Assembly (NCBI GenBank): GCA_030141605.1
Contig: JAQGDQ010000004.1
Span: 806,001 to 870,000, forward strand
Length of the DNA: 64,000 bases
DNA from: Tubiluchus corallicola
Taxonomy: Eukaryota > Animalia > Priapulida
Reading direction: 5' to 3'
Part shown: positions 1-18,100 of the stretch, piece after piece
Layout of the letters: each line of letters begins with the position of its first letter
Position numbering within the stretch: position 1 is the stretch's first letter
Notes under the pieces: generated by a model
The model's input: the letters and a program-made list of their open reading frames with translations, nothing else
Database searches by the model: none
What the model was told of the DNA's origin: nothing
Program-made: the position numbers and the translations under genes

Positions 1-133
1 TGCTCCAGTAGGTTAAATTATCAGTATGATTTGCCTGAACTTATAAGGTGAAATTGAATTTTGTCGGCAGTTAATGATTTTAAAAACACTCTTGTTTAAT
101 TGTACATTCATACAGTTTTTATTATTCCTTTAG

Positions 134-259
134 ATGAGCAAAGTAGGTGTATTTAGCTGTGGGCCGCCGGCTTTAACGAACTCCATAGGTGACGCATGTG
201 CAGCTGTAAACCAAACAAGACAGCTTCCAAACTTTCTGCACTTTTACGAAAATTTCTAG
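134..259 (+). CDS. Duox: Dual oxidase (NADPH oxidase family), last coding exon
   Basis: After the acceptor ttcctttag, the frame reads MSKVGVFSCGPPALTNSIGDACAAVNQTRQLPNFLHFYENF*. This is the characteristic DUOX C-terminus (K[IV]GVFSCGP...C..VN......F.H.[YF]ENF). A phase-0 donor (CCA|gtaggt) at 7/8 may end the preceding exon. Not in the ORF track because it is under 60 aa. Confidence 0.9.
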   Translation: MSKVGVFSCGPPALTNSIGDACAAVNQTRQLPNFLHFYENF

Positions 260-934
260 TCGACGATGCGTTCCCGTGGGTTTCAAGTGTAGAAGAAGCG
301 TTGCTCTTTGTCAGACTTTGAACTTCTAGTAGCACAAGAGCGCGAAATCAAGTGACGTGGTTATTGATCGTATATTTTCAAGTGAATTTTTATTGAATTA
401 AAAAACGAACAGATTTATTGTAGAACAAACCTGAGTAATGTGAGAAACATAACTTTATTAAGTAATTATAGTAGTAAATGATTTTTTAAACGGAATCTGT
501 AGAAGTTTTAGAAAAAAAATATTTGTAGAAAGGATGGCTTTTTTACACAGCTTCTTTTCAAATTACGTATATTTTATATATTTATTTAAACAGAATTATT
601 GCAGGCAGACAGCTAAATAAATTTAAATATGTAAAAGCTTCGTTGATTTTTTTGAGTATGCAACTGACACGAACACAACGGAAAAAAATTAACCTGTGCA
701 GACTACACAGATAATAAATATTTATAAATTTCAAAAATAAAACTCCTAATACAATAATGCATGGCAAACTAATGGAAAAAAACTAATGAGAACATTAATG
801 ACTTATTCTAACTCTAATATTTGCATCAATGCATACACACTATCATTGCAATGTAAAGGTATAAATTTTATAACGAAAATTTGTTATGAAAATACAAATT
901 CAGAACTCTTGTAAAATAGTCCCTGTAAAATAGT

Positions 935-7973
<7,039 letters not shown>

Positions 7974-9713
7974 TTTTGGCACAAGTGTATCAGGCACTAC
8001 GTTGGTTCTTCAGATTTTGGCCAATGTATCATCATTAATAGCCTATTAAAGTTAAGGTGAGATTATAAGAGGCCTATAACAAATACTGAAAAGATAACCT
8101 ACCAATTAAAACACGACTACCATTGCATGCCATTTACGATGGCTAATATTCGTTGCACGTATCTTTTAATGGAAACCATGTAAGTTAAAATGTTAATACT
8201 ACAGTAATTTGGCTAGAAAGGGACCATGTTACTCGTAATATTGGATAACAGCACTTTTCTTTAATAATATCCAAACAAAATTATGTCAAGTTTGGTTAAT
8301 TACACATTTCTACAAAATTCTACACTGCAGAAAGAAATTCAAACACACTGATGATATCATAATAATCACGCTTTGCTAATAAATTGCACAGAAGCTTGCT
8401 CACACAGCAGTAGATTGTGCTTACCCTAGATGGCTGCACAGCTGAATATGGCAGCATCGGAGAATCCGCTGATCGTTAAACGACAAGTATTGATCTTGGG
8501 AGCACAAAGCATAATATTTGCGGCTGCGATAATGCTCTAACATGAGGTTTTCATGAGTCATTTCGGCTCTTATTAATTACTGGAATTAGGGCCTACAAGT
8601 TTCTGTAGCTGTATTTACTATTCATACTTTCCAAAACGAAGGACCAATAAAAACAGGGGCCATTAGGGCTATTCGAATTTTCTTGCTTGTATTACGTTGT
8701 CCTAGGAGTAATAAGCACAATATCCAGACACGCTTACAGCCATTTTAACTTGCTTCGTATTGATAGCACCAATTTTTTATGTCTAGTGTCCGCGACTATT
8801 ATTGTGATCTATCATCGGCTAGTTAGTACTGACATCTGTAGATGATAGTACAGGCGATCCAGGCGTTGGGTATAGCTTTAACGATTATTCTTACATCTGG
8901 GAGGTTGTAGGTTTGATATTGCAGGAAGATAGGTGTGGGAGGTTGGTATGTGGTCAAATCACACCTAAAAATTTAGAAGTGTTATTTGCCAGATGTTGCG
9001 CTGCCTATCCTATATAGTAAAGTGAAGTGTTAGTTATCTATAATCATTTGTGAAAATCTCACAACACGTTTGTGCCATTAATATTATTACTATCATTTAT
9101 ACATTCAGTTGCCGATGTTTTTACCACCAGCACCACAACCACAACCACAACCATCAACTTCAACTTGATAATTCCCAAAATAATAATATACCGCTTACTC
9201 TCATTGATCGAGGCCAGGGATGAGGGTATGTTGAATTTGGGTACAGCTATTTGAACACGTTACATTTGTGCACGAGGCATTAGGGCACCAAAAAATTTAA
9301 TGTTTTACGTAAATTTTTTTGTTTATTAAATTTTTAATGACTCCATATTTTCCTAACTCCCACAATATTTTTTTAAAAATCGTGGTTTCGCTAAATTAAA
9401 TATAATTTATTTGCAGTAGATTACGAATTAACAATTAAATTTAAACCGCTTATAACGTATTATGTGTAGCTTTTAAAATGAACGAAGCAAAAGAAGACGC
9501 CGCAAGTTTACATAGCATTTTATCAGTATGCGACAGCATTTTATTTCAAGAAACTCCTCCCAAAAAAATAAATAACAGAAATGTGCGTCACAAAAAATCT
9601 ATTCCCACCGAAATTTAGTGTCAATACAATTAGTACAGCAATTTAACCAGCATCATAATTATATTCACAATACTATATTCATTGAACTGTTAGTGGCTTT
9701 ACAAGAAACTCAC

Positions 9714-9800
9714 CTAGAATATTTTGTTTAGTTCAATAGTTGCAAAATGAAAACAGTCAACTAGATCATTTCGTGGGTTAATTAAGTGAATAGCGAGATC
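9714..9800 (-). other. Candidate 5' UTR exon of CA8 (5' boundary unknown)
   Basis: Consensus donor TAG|gtgagt at 9714/9713 and an otherwise unused acceptor tttaatag| at 8042, upstream of the CA8 ATG. Confidence 0.35.
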
Positions 9801-10992
9801 AACAATAAACCAATTATTTATAAAGATTTTTGTTGTATCTGTTGCAAAGTGCATGATAATCTTATGTGCTCAGCAGCAGTGTTTTACACGCGCTATGTGA
9901 GTTATAACTAATTGTTCCCAATTAAATTACACGATCGTACGAAAATAATAGCGTATTTGTAAATTACTGTATATGACAATCACTAATCGGGCAATGGATG
10001 AGGATTCCCCACAGAAGCGTACTACTTAGACAGCGTCAGTGCGATTTTTAGCACAGCACAGAAATAATGTATTTCTTCCATGATTGAGTCACGTTGTTTC
10101 CGTGCATCGGCGCCATAATGTCTCGACACCAAGTGAACCATGCAGTGCCCAAATGTCCTGTCCCCGGTCATGACTATGAGCTAATGTTACGATTTCGTTA
10201 GATTTCCCAGATGCCAGTGGTAGAGTGTGCGTCCAGAAAATTAGTTTTTCGCGAGTTTTATTTATAATAGTTGGTTTTAATAACATAATTAATTATCTAG
10301 CTGTCATTCATGTATCACATTAGTATTCATCTGTTCAAACTTTCACTTTGCTAAACAGCAATACTCAGCTTGAGACAAGATGCTTTTACAGTTTTTACAG
10401 TGCTGACATTATCTTACACCATGCAAAACACAACTTTTTACCACAAATGTTTTTGACAATTCGCATTTTCTTTTTTACCTTTGCCACATAACTTTATCTT
10501 CGTTTCTTTTCTTTTCTGCATCCAAAGCAATTTGATCTCGTTTTAACTGCGATCGTAATTGTTCAGATCCTTCAAAATGGTCTTGGCTTCTGATAAATCA
10601 TCGAATGAGCAACTTGGCATTGTTTAATCAAGAGTAGCTTCATATAGAACCAATGTGAAAAGAGTTATCAAGCTCAATATTACGAGCCAGCGACATTTTA
10701 TTATCATTAAATTTTTATTGTGCTAGTGACGTGAATTGTGAGCCCTAAGTAATTTTTAGTAAACTTATAGTCACGGATGTGAACAAATAAGGCACAGTTG
10801 AACGCATTTTTTTACTGCAAACTGTAAAGCAATGAATTGACACCCCGCTAAAGATGCTTTAGTAAATACTATCATTCATTGCAGCTGTAAAGTACTGATT
10901 TACGATGATCATTACAAAATTATGAAAACCAAGCTTCCTTTTAAGAGTTGGTCGTTGTGATCGGGCTATATCTTAAACAGTTGTTGTTTAAT

Positions 10993-11011
10993 TCACCACT
11001 AGATGTCAGAG
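10993..11011 (+). promoter_or_regulatory. CTCF-like binding motif
   Basis: TCACCACTAGATGTCAGAG matches the CTCF core consensus CCAC[CT]AG[AG][GT]G[GT]C[AG]. Confidence 0.55.
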
Positions 11012-12628
11012 CGAAGGGCAAACCTGCCGCCAAAAATTGCTTTGCGCGTATTCAGCCATCAACCAAATCCATCAGAGATTTCTAACTTTACGCGAGAAGA
11101 TGAGAAACTTTTGAATTTCAAGTTTGTTAGTGCTTGCTTCAAATAGATTAAATTTAATTCAGAACCATTAAACCATAGCTGCCCAAAGGTGTACCTGCCA
11201 TTTGTTTGAGTTACAGTATGAAGCGCGTAGAGTGGCGAAACTTACCTAACGAAAGTCATGTTTGTCATCGTAAGTTACTATGCACCGTACCAAACAACTC
11301 TCTATTGTGGATTCGTACAGGGTAAGTCAACAATAGTTGCGTTCAATAATTGATGTCCAGTAACGCAAAATAAACTTTATACTTTTGCAGTTTTGAATAC
11401 TGATTTTACAAATTAATTTGAGCAGATTTGAAAAAAACTAGGGCTGCTTTTACATTACTCAGTACTTTACTACGTAGCCATTAAATAAAAACGCACACAA
11501 CATTTTACAGAGGTCACCAGCCACCACTAAAAAAAGCAAAAAAACACAGCACAGAGTTCATAATTCTTTAGTTGGAATTACAACAATACAAGAAAATTCG
11601 GGTTCAGTTTTGGTAAAAAGTGTGGTTCTGCATTCCAATTTAGTTTGACATTATATTCGGGATTCAGTTCGGTAGCACCACTGATCATTGAAGACAGTTA
11701 AGTTATTCGGTGACTCCCAAGTTTAAAAAAATTGTTTAGACTAATGAAATTTCGATCCGTGCACCCATGCTGATATGAGTAACATGACCTCAACTTGGCA
11801 AGTATGAATTGTATGGAGGATTTTAGTTTTCTTTGCTAAAGTAATTAATGTAGATATAGATACATGAAAATGCTGAAAAAAGTATACGTAGATTAATTAA
11901 AGTAGACAAAAAAGACATAGGTGTTCCAAACACTGATCACACCAGTATGACAGGAAGACTAAAATAATGATTATAACATCAGGAAATCTCAATGGCTACT
12001 GATAATTGGAAGTTTGTCATCAAATCACTGGGGTGTTTAAACTTTCAGATATGAGACAGAAGAATAAGAGTTATTTCAATGGAGAGCATATGTGAAATCA
12101 CTGACTGAAAACATCAAACTGCACAGATTTAAGCAAAATAAACTCTTTAATTGAAAACAGTAAAGAAGGTTCATAGTAACAGACTTATCAGCTTAAGGTG
12201 GTAATGTTACAGCTAGCTTACAACAGGGAAGCCCAGATTGGGCAGAGGTTATGTAGGATGTAACCAAAGTGCCAGAGGGGAGTGTTGGCACAATTGAAAC
12301 CATAGTGCTCTTACACATAATTGAAGGATCAGGTGGTAGATTAAGAATGCAACTATATGTACACAGTTACCGAGTCAATGTGCACAGTTACCAAACATCC
12401 AGTGCCCTGCATAAACAAAATTATAGTGTTTACATTTACAATGTAGTTCAAATTAATCTGGGGCTGATTTCGCAAAGCTATCATTAAGTTAGCAGCACAG
12501 CCACGTAGCACGTGTATACAGACATAACAATTGAAAAATAAGTGTTGTTTGGGAATTTTATGAAAATGACTTGAGTGAATAATTTACTGTTAAGAATAGA
12601 TTAGCAGAAAAATATGCTATGTAATGTT

Positions 12629-13271
12629 CAGGGATAGCTGATCCCTATCATACAATCTGCGATCGGGCCCTGATTTTCTAAAATCGTACCGTAGGAATTG
12701 TAAATACGTCGGGACCCACTTAACTGACCAACTTTTTCAAACAGTAGATCCAATATAACTAACGCTAAATTTCGCTTTTGGTTGTATTCCTGAATTACCT
12801 TTAAGTGTGTTTAGTCAAAATTCTCCACTTTATATTGCAAAAACAAAACAAATTTCTTATTCGTAAAACATGAAAGACGACATGCTCACTGTTTACATCG
12901 AAGCAATAGCACAAGCCACAGCAACTGGCTGTGCGATAAAAATTGACTACAGTGTACATTTTGATCATCATAGATTAGCGAATCAGCCATTATCTAATTA
13001 AATTGTCTTAAAGTTAACTGAAGAACCTCTAGTGACAAATTAAGCTGAGAACAAGCCCACAAGCAAAAGACTGTCAAACTGAACAGGTATAAACCTAAAA
13101 TCATAACAAGCAAGCAAATGAAACTGTAGTTTTAAGCAAGGAATGTAGTATCATCATGCTATAATAACTTATAAAAGTTTGGGATTGGGAATAATTGGCA
13201 GACGGGCATCGAATTGACATGGGGGTTGGGTGGATAGCAATAATTGGGATTTTTGTGATAGACCTTCCCTG
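12629..13271. mobile_element. Degenerate non-autonomous hAT-like element
   Basis: Termini CAGGGATAGCTGATC and GATAGACCTTCCCTG, flanks gtaatgtt / ataatgtg (6 of 8 identical, decayed 8-bp duplication), subterminal GGGAT/CGAT motifs. Confidence 0.55.
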
Positions 13272-16200
13272 ATAATGTGGTCAAATTGCTCTATGACGTC
13301 AGTGTTGTTATAGCATTCTCTACCCATTGAAAAAATTGGGACAAGCAAATTTTTTTAGATACCTATTTCCATTTCTGGTGGGAAAAGGTGGTGGTATATA
13401 ATAGGTATCACCTATCTATCTATCTAGGATGACATGTTGGGAGGGAGTTGTGACTTAATTCACATTAGCCTAAAATCTTCATGGGACCATTCTGGCTGAG
13501 ATACGCAGTAATCACTTTCTTGTTTATCAACAAAGGCAAAATCTGTAAGATTTATGTGAGATTTGAACATCCGCGTATCCGCAAAAATGTAGACAAACTA
13601 GACTTGCTATGTGTTAAACACTTTTGTATGAATCTGGGAGTTATAATCACTAATCAGTAATAAATCACCCTCGTTTGTTTGTTAACTCTCAACGTCAATT
13701 CACCCCACACGATGTACATATACATCACCCCACCATATCATATCCATCACACCACACTAGAAACCATAATTGCCATGACAAAACAAAAAAGGCTGTACTG
13801 AAATTGGGCAAACTTTTCGTGCAAACAATTGGAAATTTTTCCTTACATGGCTTTTGCATGCTGCAATTTTGCGTAAAATCCGCAAATTTAGTCAGCATTA
13901 ATTAGTCATTAAAAGTCTGCATTCCGCAAAACCACAAAATTAGTGCGGATTACACAACCACATGACCACAAATCCTATCCGCACACCTCTGCTTTCTGAT
14001 TGTTATAGTAGAAATCAGACAACTATATTTAACAAAATGTCCTAAGAAGTGCTATTTTGAATGCCATATTAGGGGGGGGGGGGGTAACCTAAAATGACAT
14101 TAGCCTAAAAGCTTCCCAGTTTGGCGGTAATGCTGCAACATGTGGGCTGTTGATCGAAACATCGATTAAATTGTCTCCGAAAGCTACCAGTTTCTAGAAT
14201 CGATTATAAAATAATAAAATCAATTAAGTGCTGCACAAAGATTTATAATGCATGACCCTTTTAAGGAACCTTTATGACAGTTTACGGCAAACTAAACGGA
14301 AACACAGCCATTTTTGAAAACAGTTTTTGCAGGCTGTTCTAATTCATAACCTAATTGTCTTGTAGCAAGAAAAGTAGACAGTGGTGACAATTTTCACCTT
14401 TGCCCAAAAGTGTCTGTTATTAATTTGGTACTAAATTAAATTCACTAATATTATAAAAAAGTTTTCCACAGTGTTTTTCATGTGAACTTGACTTGAACGT
14501 GTATGGAAACCATGTTCGGTTAACTAGATCTATAAGTCTATTGAAAAGTCGATTTCTAATCGATTCTGTAATCGGTAAATAGTCTGAATAATTGATTTAG
14601 AGAAAAAACCGAATTCCTACCATGGCCACTACTATTTTTAGACCGGGGTTGTTATAAAATGGATTATTAAAAATTCAGTAGAGTTAACTAGACCAGACTC
14701 GATCTAGTTATCTGCCAACAGTTTCAGTTTCTCAACTGAACAGTACTTAATACCGCGCAAAAAACTCGTAAAATTTTCCCCGAAATGTCCAATACAGCTT
14801 AGCAAACGCTTTGCAATTATTAGTAAATAATCAGTGCTGTTGAAATCTGCAACTTACGTGTTTGTTGAAAACCCTCTTAAGAAATATTTGGATAAATATT
14901 TAGTCTAGCGAAAAATGAAAAGTTAGCGTCTGTTAGATGTCACTAGAATAAATCCTCACTGACAGTAAAATGACAACACCTGAAGAGCTATGGTTGAAGC
15001 CGAAATTTGCGTTCATAGTAACAGGCCAAAAGTATGTATCCAGAAAGGTTGTTGATTGGAAATTCTTCATAATGTGAACTTACCGAGGTGAATATCATGT
15101 TACATTCATCAAAATATTTTAATAGATTAAAGCTAAAATTATGGACGTGAGAGGAAGAACAAAAGTAATTTCGTTGTTTTCTTATCTCGTTTAATACTAA
15201 TAATTACATCGACAATTACGAGCACCCCTACCTAGTACCGAGGAAAAGTTTTACAGAATTGGCAGAAAATAACAATTTTCGATAATGTCTTGTGGCCGGT
15301 TTATAATGTGCTTAGTGACACAATACTTATAGATGTGCTGAGATATGTATGTAGGCAAGATTTGATACAAAAATAACATGCCAGGTGAGTAATCTAAATT
15401 TCCAAAACATAAATTTATAAGTAAAGTGGGTAATCTGGTAACAACTGAATTATATTATACTACCCTGTATTGTGCATTTAACTTGTGCTTTTCTGTTTTG
15501 TCAGCTAGTGGCCCTGTTTTTATTTTTTCATTATAATCATGGTAACTGTTAGAGCTGTTGTAGAACCGGAAATAGTTATTTTGCTGTGTAAAATTGCTTT
15601 GATATGTTTTGCAGCTATAGTTAACAAACTATTACGTGAAACCACATGTTACTAATTTACAGGTCCGTGTAAAATAATTATTGGCATGCTATACAATGTG
15701 CTGTAAGTGATTTTTTAACAGCACTTTTATCATGTCCTTATGTATATTTGTAGACATTTTTAGGTACTGCTAATTTACATCTCTGCAGGTAGTCAAACTC
15801 AATTACATTTATGGAGTGCAAAGTTGTCTTTGTGTGTACGTCTGCGTTATGGCTTCATTAGATCTCCAAAGGTATTAGTATAAGCAGTAGAAAAATAAAT
15901 TTGTCTTTTGATAGAAAACTACACACATAAAAGAGATTAGATGGCTGGGATATTTTGATACCTCCGTGTCCCCCAGCAGCATGAAGTGTATGTGTAATGT
16001 ATCCATACTGCAGTTCAGTTTTGTGCTTTGTTTAGTTTTAAAATTAATTCATGCACTTCGACGTGTTAAATGCATTTCCTGATAAAAATGGTAGCTGTTT
16101 TTTAAATGTGAAATTTTTAATTTATCAAAAGAACTAGCTTGAGTTGAACTCTAAAATTTACGTTATCTGGCTTATCTTTTTACGTCTTTTTTTTTATGAA

Positions 16201-16403
16201 AGCTCTCAAAAATATTCCAGTATATTTAGGATAAATAATTGTTTTCTGGAGTTTTTTTTGAGAATTTTTGGAATTTGTCTTCTGGAAGTTCTTTGAAATC
16301 AGATTGTTCATGTTTAGTTTAGTAATTGTTCATGGTACATAATTTGAATTTCTAAGCGTAGATCATAATTTTGTTGTGTAGCATTAATTTAAAAAAAATA
16401 TCT

Positions 16404-17045
16404 GTTATAGACATCTAAGCTCTGTGCAAGCACAAGCTTTGGCTATGGCATCTATATGTATGTGTGTGTGCGTGCGTGTGTGTGTTAACATATATTAACA
16501 TTTATTTTTGATGCAGTTCTTAAATAGTCAAATAGTCACAGACTAATTATTTTCAGTCACTCCCAGGTTATTTGGTAGTTGCTGGAACGTTTTTCGTGAA
16601 AAGCATTTTCTGTCCAAAAACATTGGTTTTCTACAAGTAAAATCAGTTAGTAAAAAGTATCCAAGTATTAAACTTTTGCTTAGCAACCTGGTTGGCAAAA
16701 ATGCCCGCAGTTCTGCAGATGTTTTGTTTTCTAAAGCAAGAACTCCTATGGAGCATTGTGACAGTTTTTCAAAATCTGTAATTTTTATGCTTTTGCTTGA
16801 GAGTGAAGGACTGACAATGAGTCTTTTGTTATTGCTGGAAAATTTATGAAATGGCTTTGGGTATTTTATGCCACTAAAATGGAGTTTTCAACCGTTTTAC
16901 TGGATTTTTTTCAAGAAATGTCCCACCTGTATTGCAATTTATTCAAAGGGTTATAAATGTGAATTTTTCACAAAACACAAAAAAAAACATTTCTTGCTCA
17001 AGGGCCTACTGGCTCCTACGTCAAATTTGATCGTAATCTTGATAT
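16404..17045. mobile_element. Possible non-autonomous Helentron/HINE-like element
   Basis: Begins TTATAGACATC, then the short hairpin TGTGCAAGCACA and a (TG)n microsatellite, an architecture typical of such elements. Boundaries are uncertain. Confidence 0.3.
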
Positions 17046-17238
17046 CATTGTTTGTTAGCTTGTCTGCAGCTGTGTTGAGCTGACGCTAATTTTATGGTCT
17101 CGGCAAAGTTGTCAAATCTTTTGAGCTTTTATCAGAAACTGCTAAACTGGAAATTTCACTTAAAATGGCAGGCTTGCATGCAGCAGATGCGGGCCACTTT
17201 GTAAAATAGGGTAGTTTAATGTAAGTCTCCTCCTTCAG

Positions 17239-17305
17239 GTGTGAACGGTGATCACTTAATGAGGAAGATTGTTACCATTCCTGTTGGGATCCCTTTATCA
17301 GGAAG
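17239..17305 (+). other. Candidate internal exon of the microRNA host transcript
   Basis: ctcctccttcag|GTGTG...GGAAG|gtaaga: strong acceptor and donor around 67 nt; only one frame is open. Confidence 0.5.
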
Positions 17306-17651
17306 GTAAGATTTATTTTCAATAGTTTTTATATGTACATTTGTCAATCCGCATGCTTATAAAATTCTTGTTTAGAAAAATTATTTCTTACAGCATATTT
17401 GTTGCAGCCCTACAAACAATAGATTATTGCCTAGAAATTTTTTTTGAATTTGATTCAGCTTTTAATTTCTTCATTTGAAACTGATATGGTAAAATATCGC
17501 TGCATTTATCGAGATGGTATGCCTAGATTTTCTGTTGTCACACAACAGCAGTAGCAGCACTGTACAGTTTCAGAAAATAGTGTTGCAGATATTATTCATT
17601 TTTTTGGAACCTAACTTGTTTGGAAAAAGGAAATTTGAGAAAATATGCAAT

Positions 17652-17719
17652 CTGGATATGAACCTGGGACCTCTCAGTTACAAGGTGTGTGTCATGACCA
17701 CTTGACTGCTATGCCCCAG
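17652..17719 (-). mobile_element. tRNA-derived SINE head (decayed tRNA-like sequence)
   Basis: Reverse strand GGGGCATAGCAGTCAAGTGG (A box) ... GGTTCATATCC (B box). A second truncated copy lies in the opposite orientation at 17789-17826. Confidence 0.6.
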
Positions 17720-18014
17720 TGATCATAACAGGTCTTAATTTGATTATTATAGCTAGATAAAGGATTGAATTAATGTCTGTCGTGATACCTGGGGCATGGT
17801 AGTCTAGCAGTCCTGACTCCCGACTTTTTCAATATTCAACTAGTCAGAGTTTATTTCGTAATTAACCATAATCTTGAGATTAAGACTAATAGTAATCAAT
17901 ATCTGTAATTGTGAGTTAGTTAAATGTAAATTATTTGGGCACACCTTTAATAATATTCTTAACTATATACCCAAATTTGTGTGTAACTATGCATACTATG
18001 TGTGTATGCATACT

Positions 18015-18100
18015 ATGATGATGGTGGTGGAGGTGGTGGTGATTGTGGTGTTGGCGATGATGAAGATGATGACGACAACAAAGACGACGATGATGATGAT
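18015..18100. repeat. Compound (GAT/GGT/GAC)n trinucleotide repeat
   Basis: Directly visible. Confidence 0.85.

Noticed and set aside
153-335. 60-aa minus-strand ORF from the track
   Set aside because: Antisense shadow of the Duox last exon and its 3' UTR.
10479-10696. Selenoprotein interpretation of the three in-frame TGA codons
   Set aside because: No SECIS-like stem noticed and no selenoprotein motif; decay or chance is more parsimonious.
13555-14630. hAT-like termini and ATCGAT/CCGCA subterminal repeats (also 11590-11685, 22990-23045, 37320-38710)
   Set aside because: Probably old DNA-transposon debris, but paired termini and target duplications could not be established.
17652-17719. 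Functional tRNA (Thr-like) gene
   Set aside because: Anticodon and acceptor stems do not pair properly and a truncated sister copy is adjacent; better explained as a SINE head.
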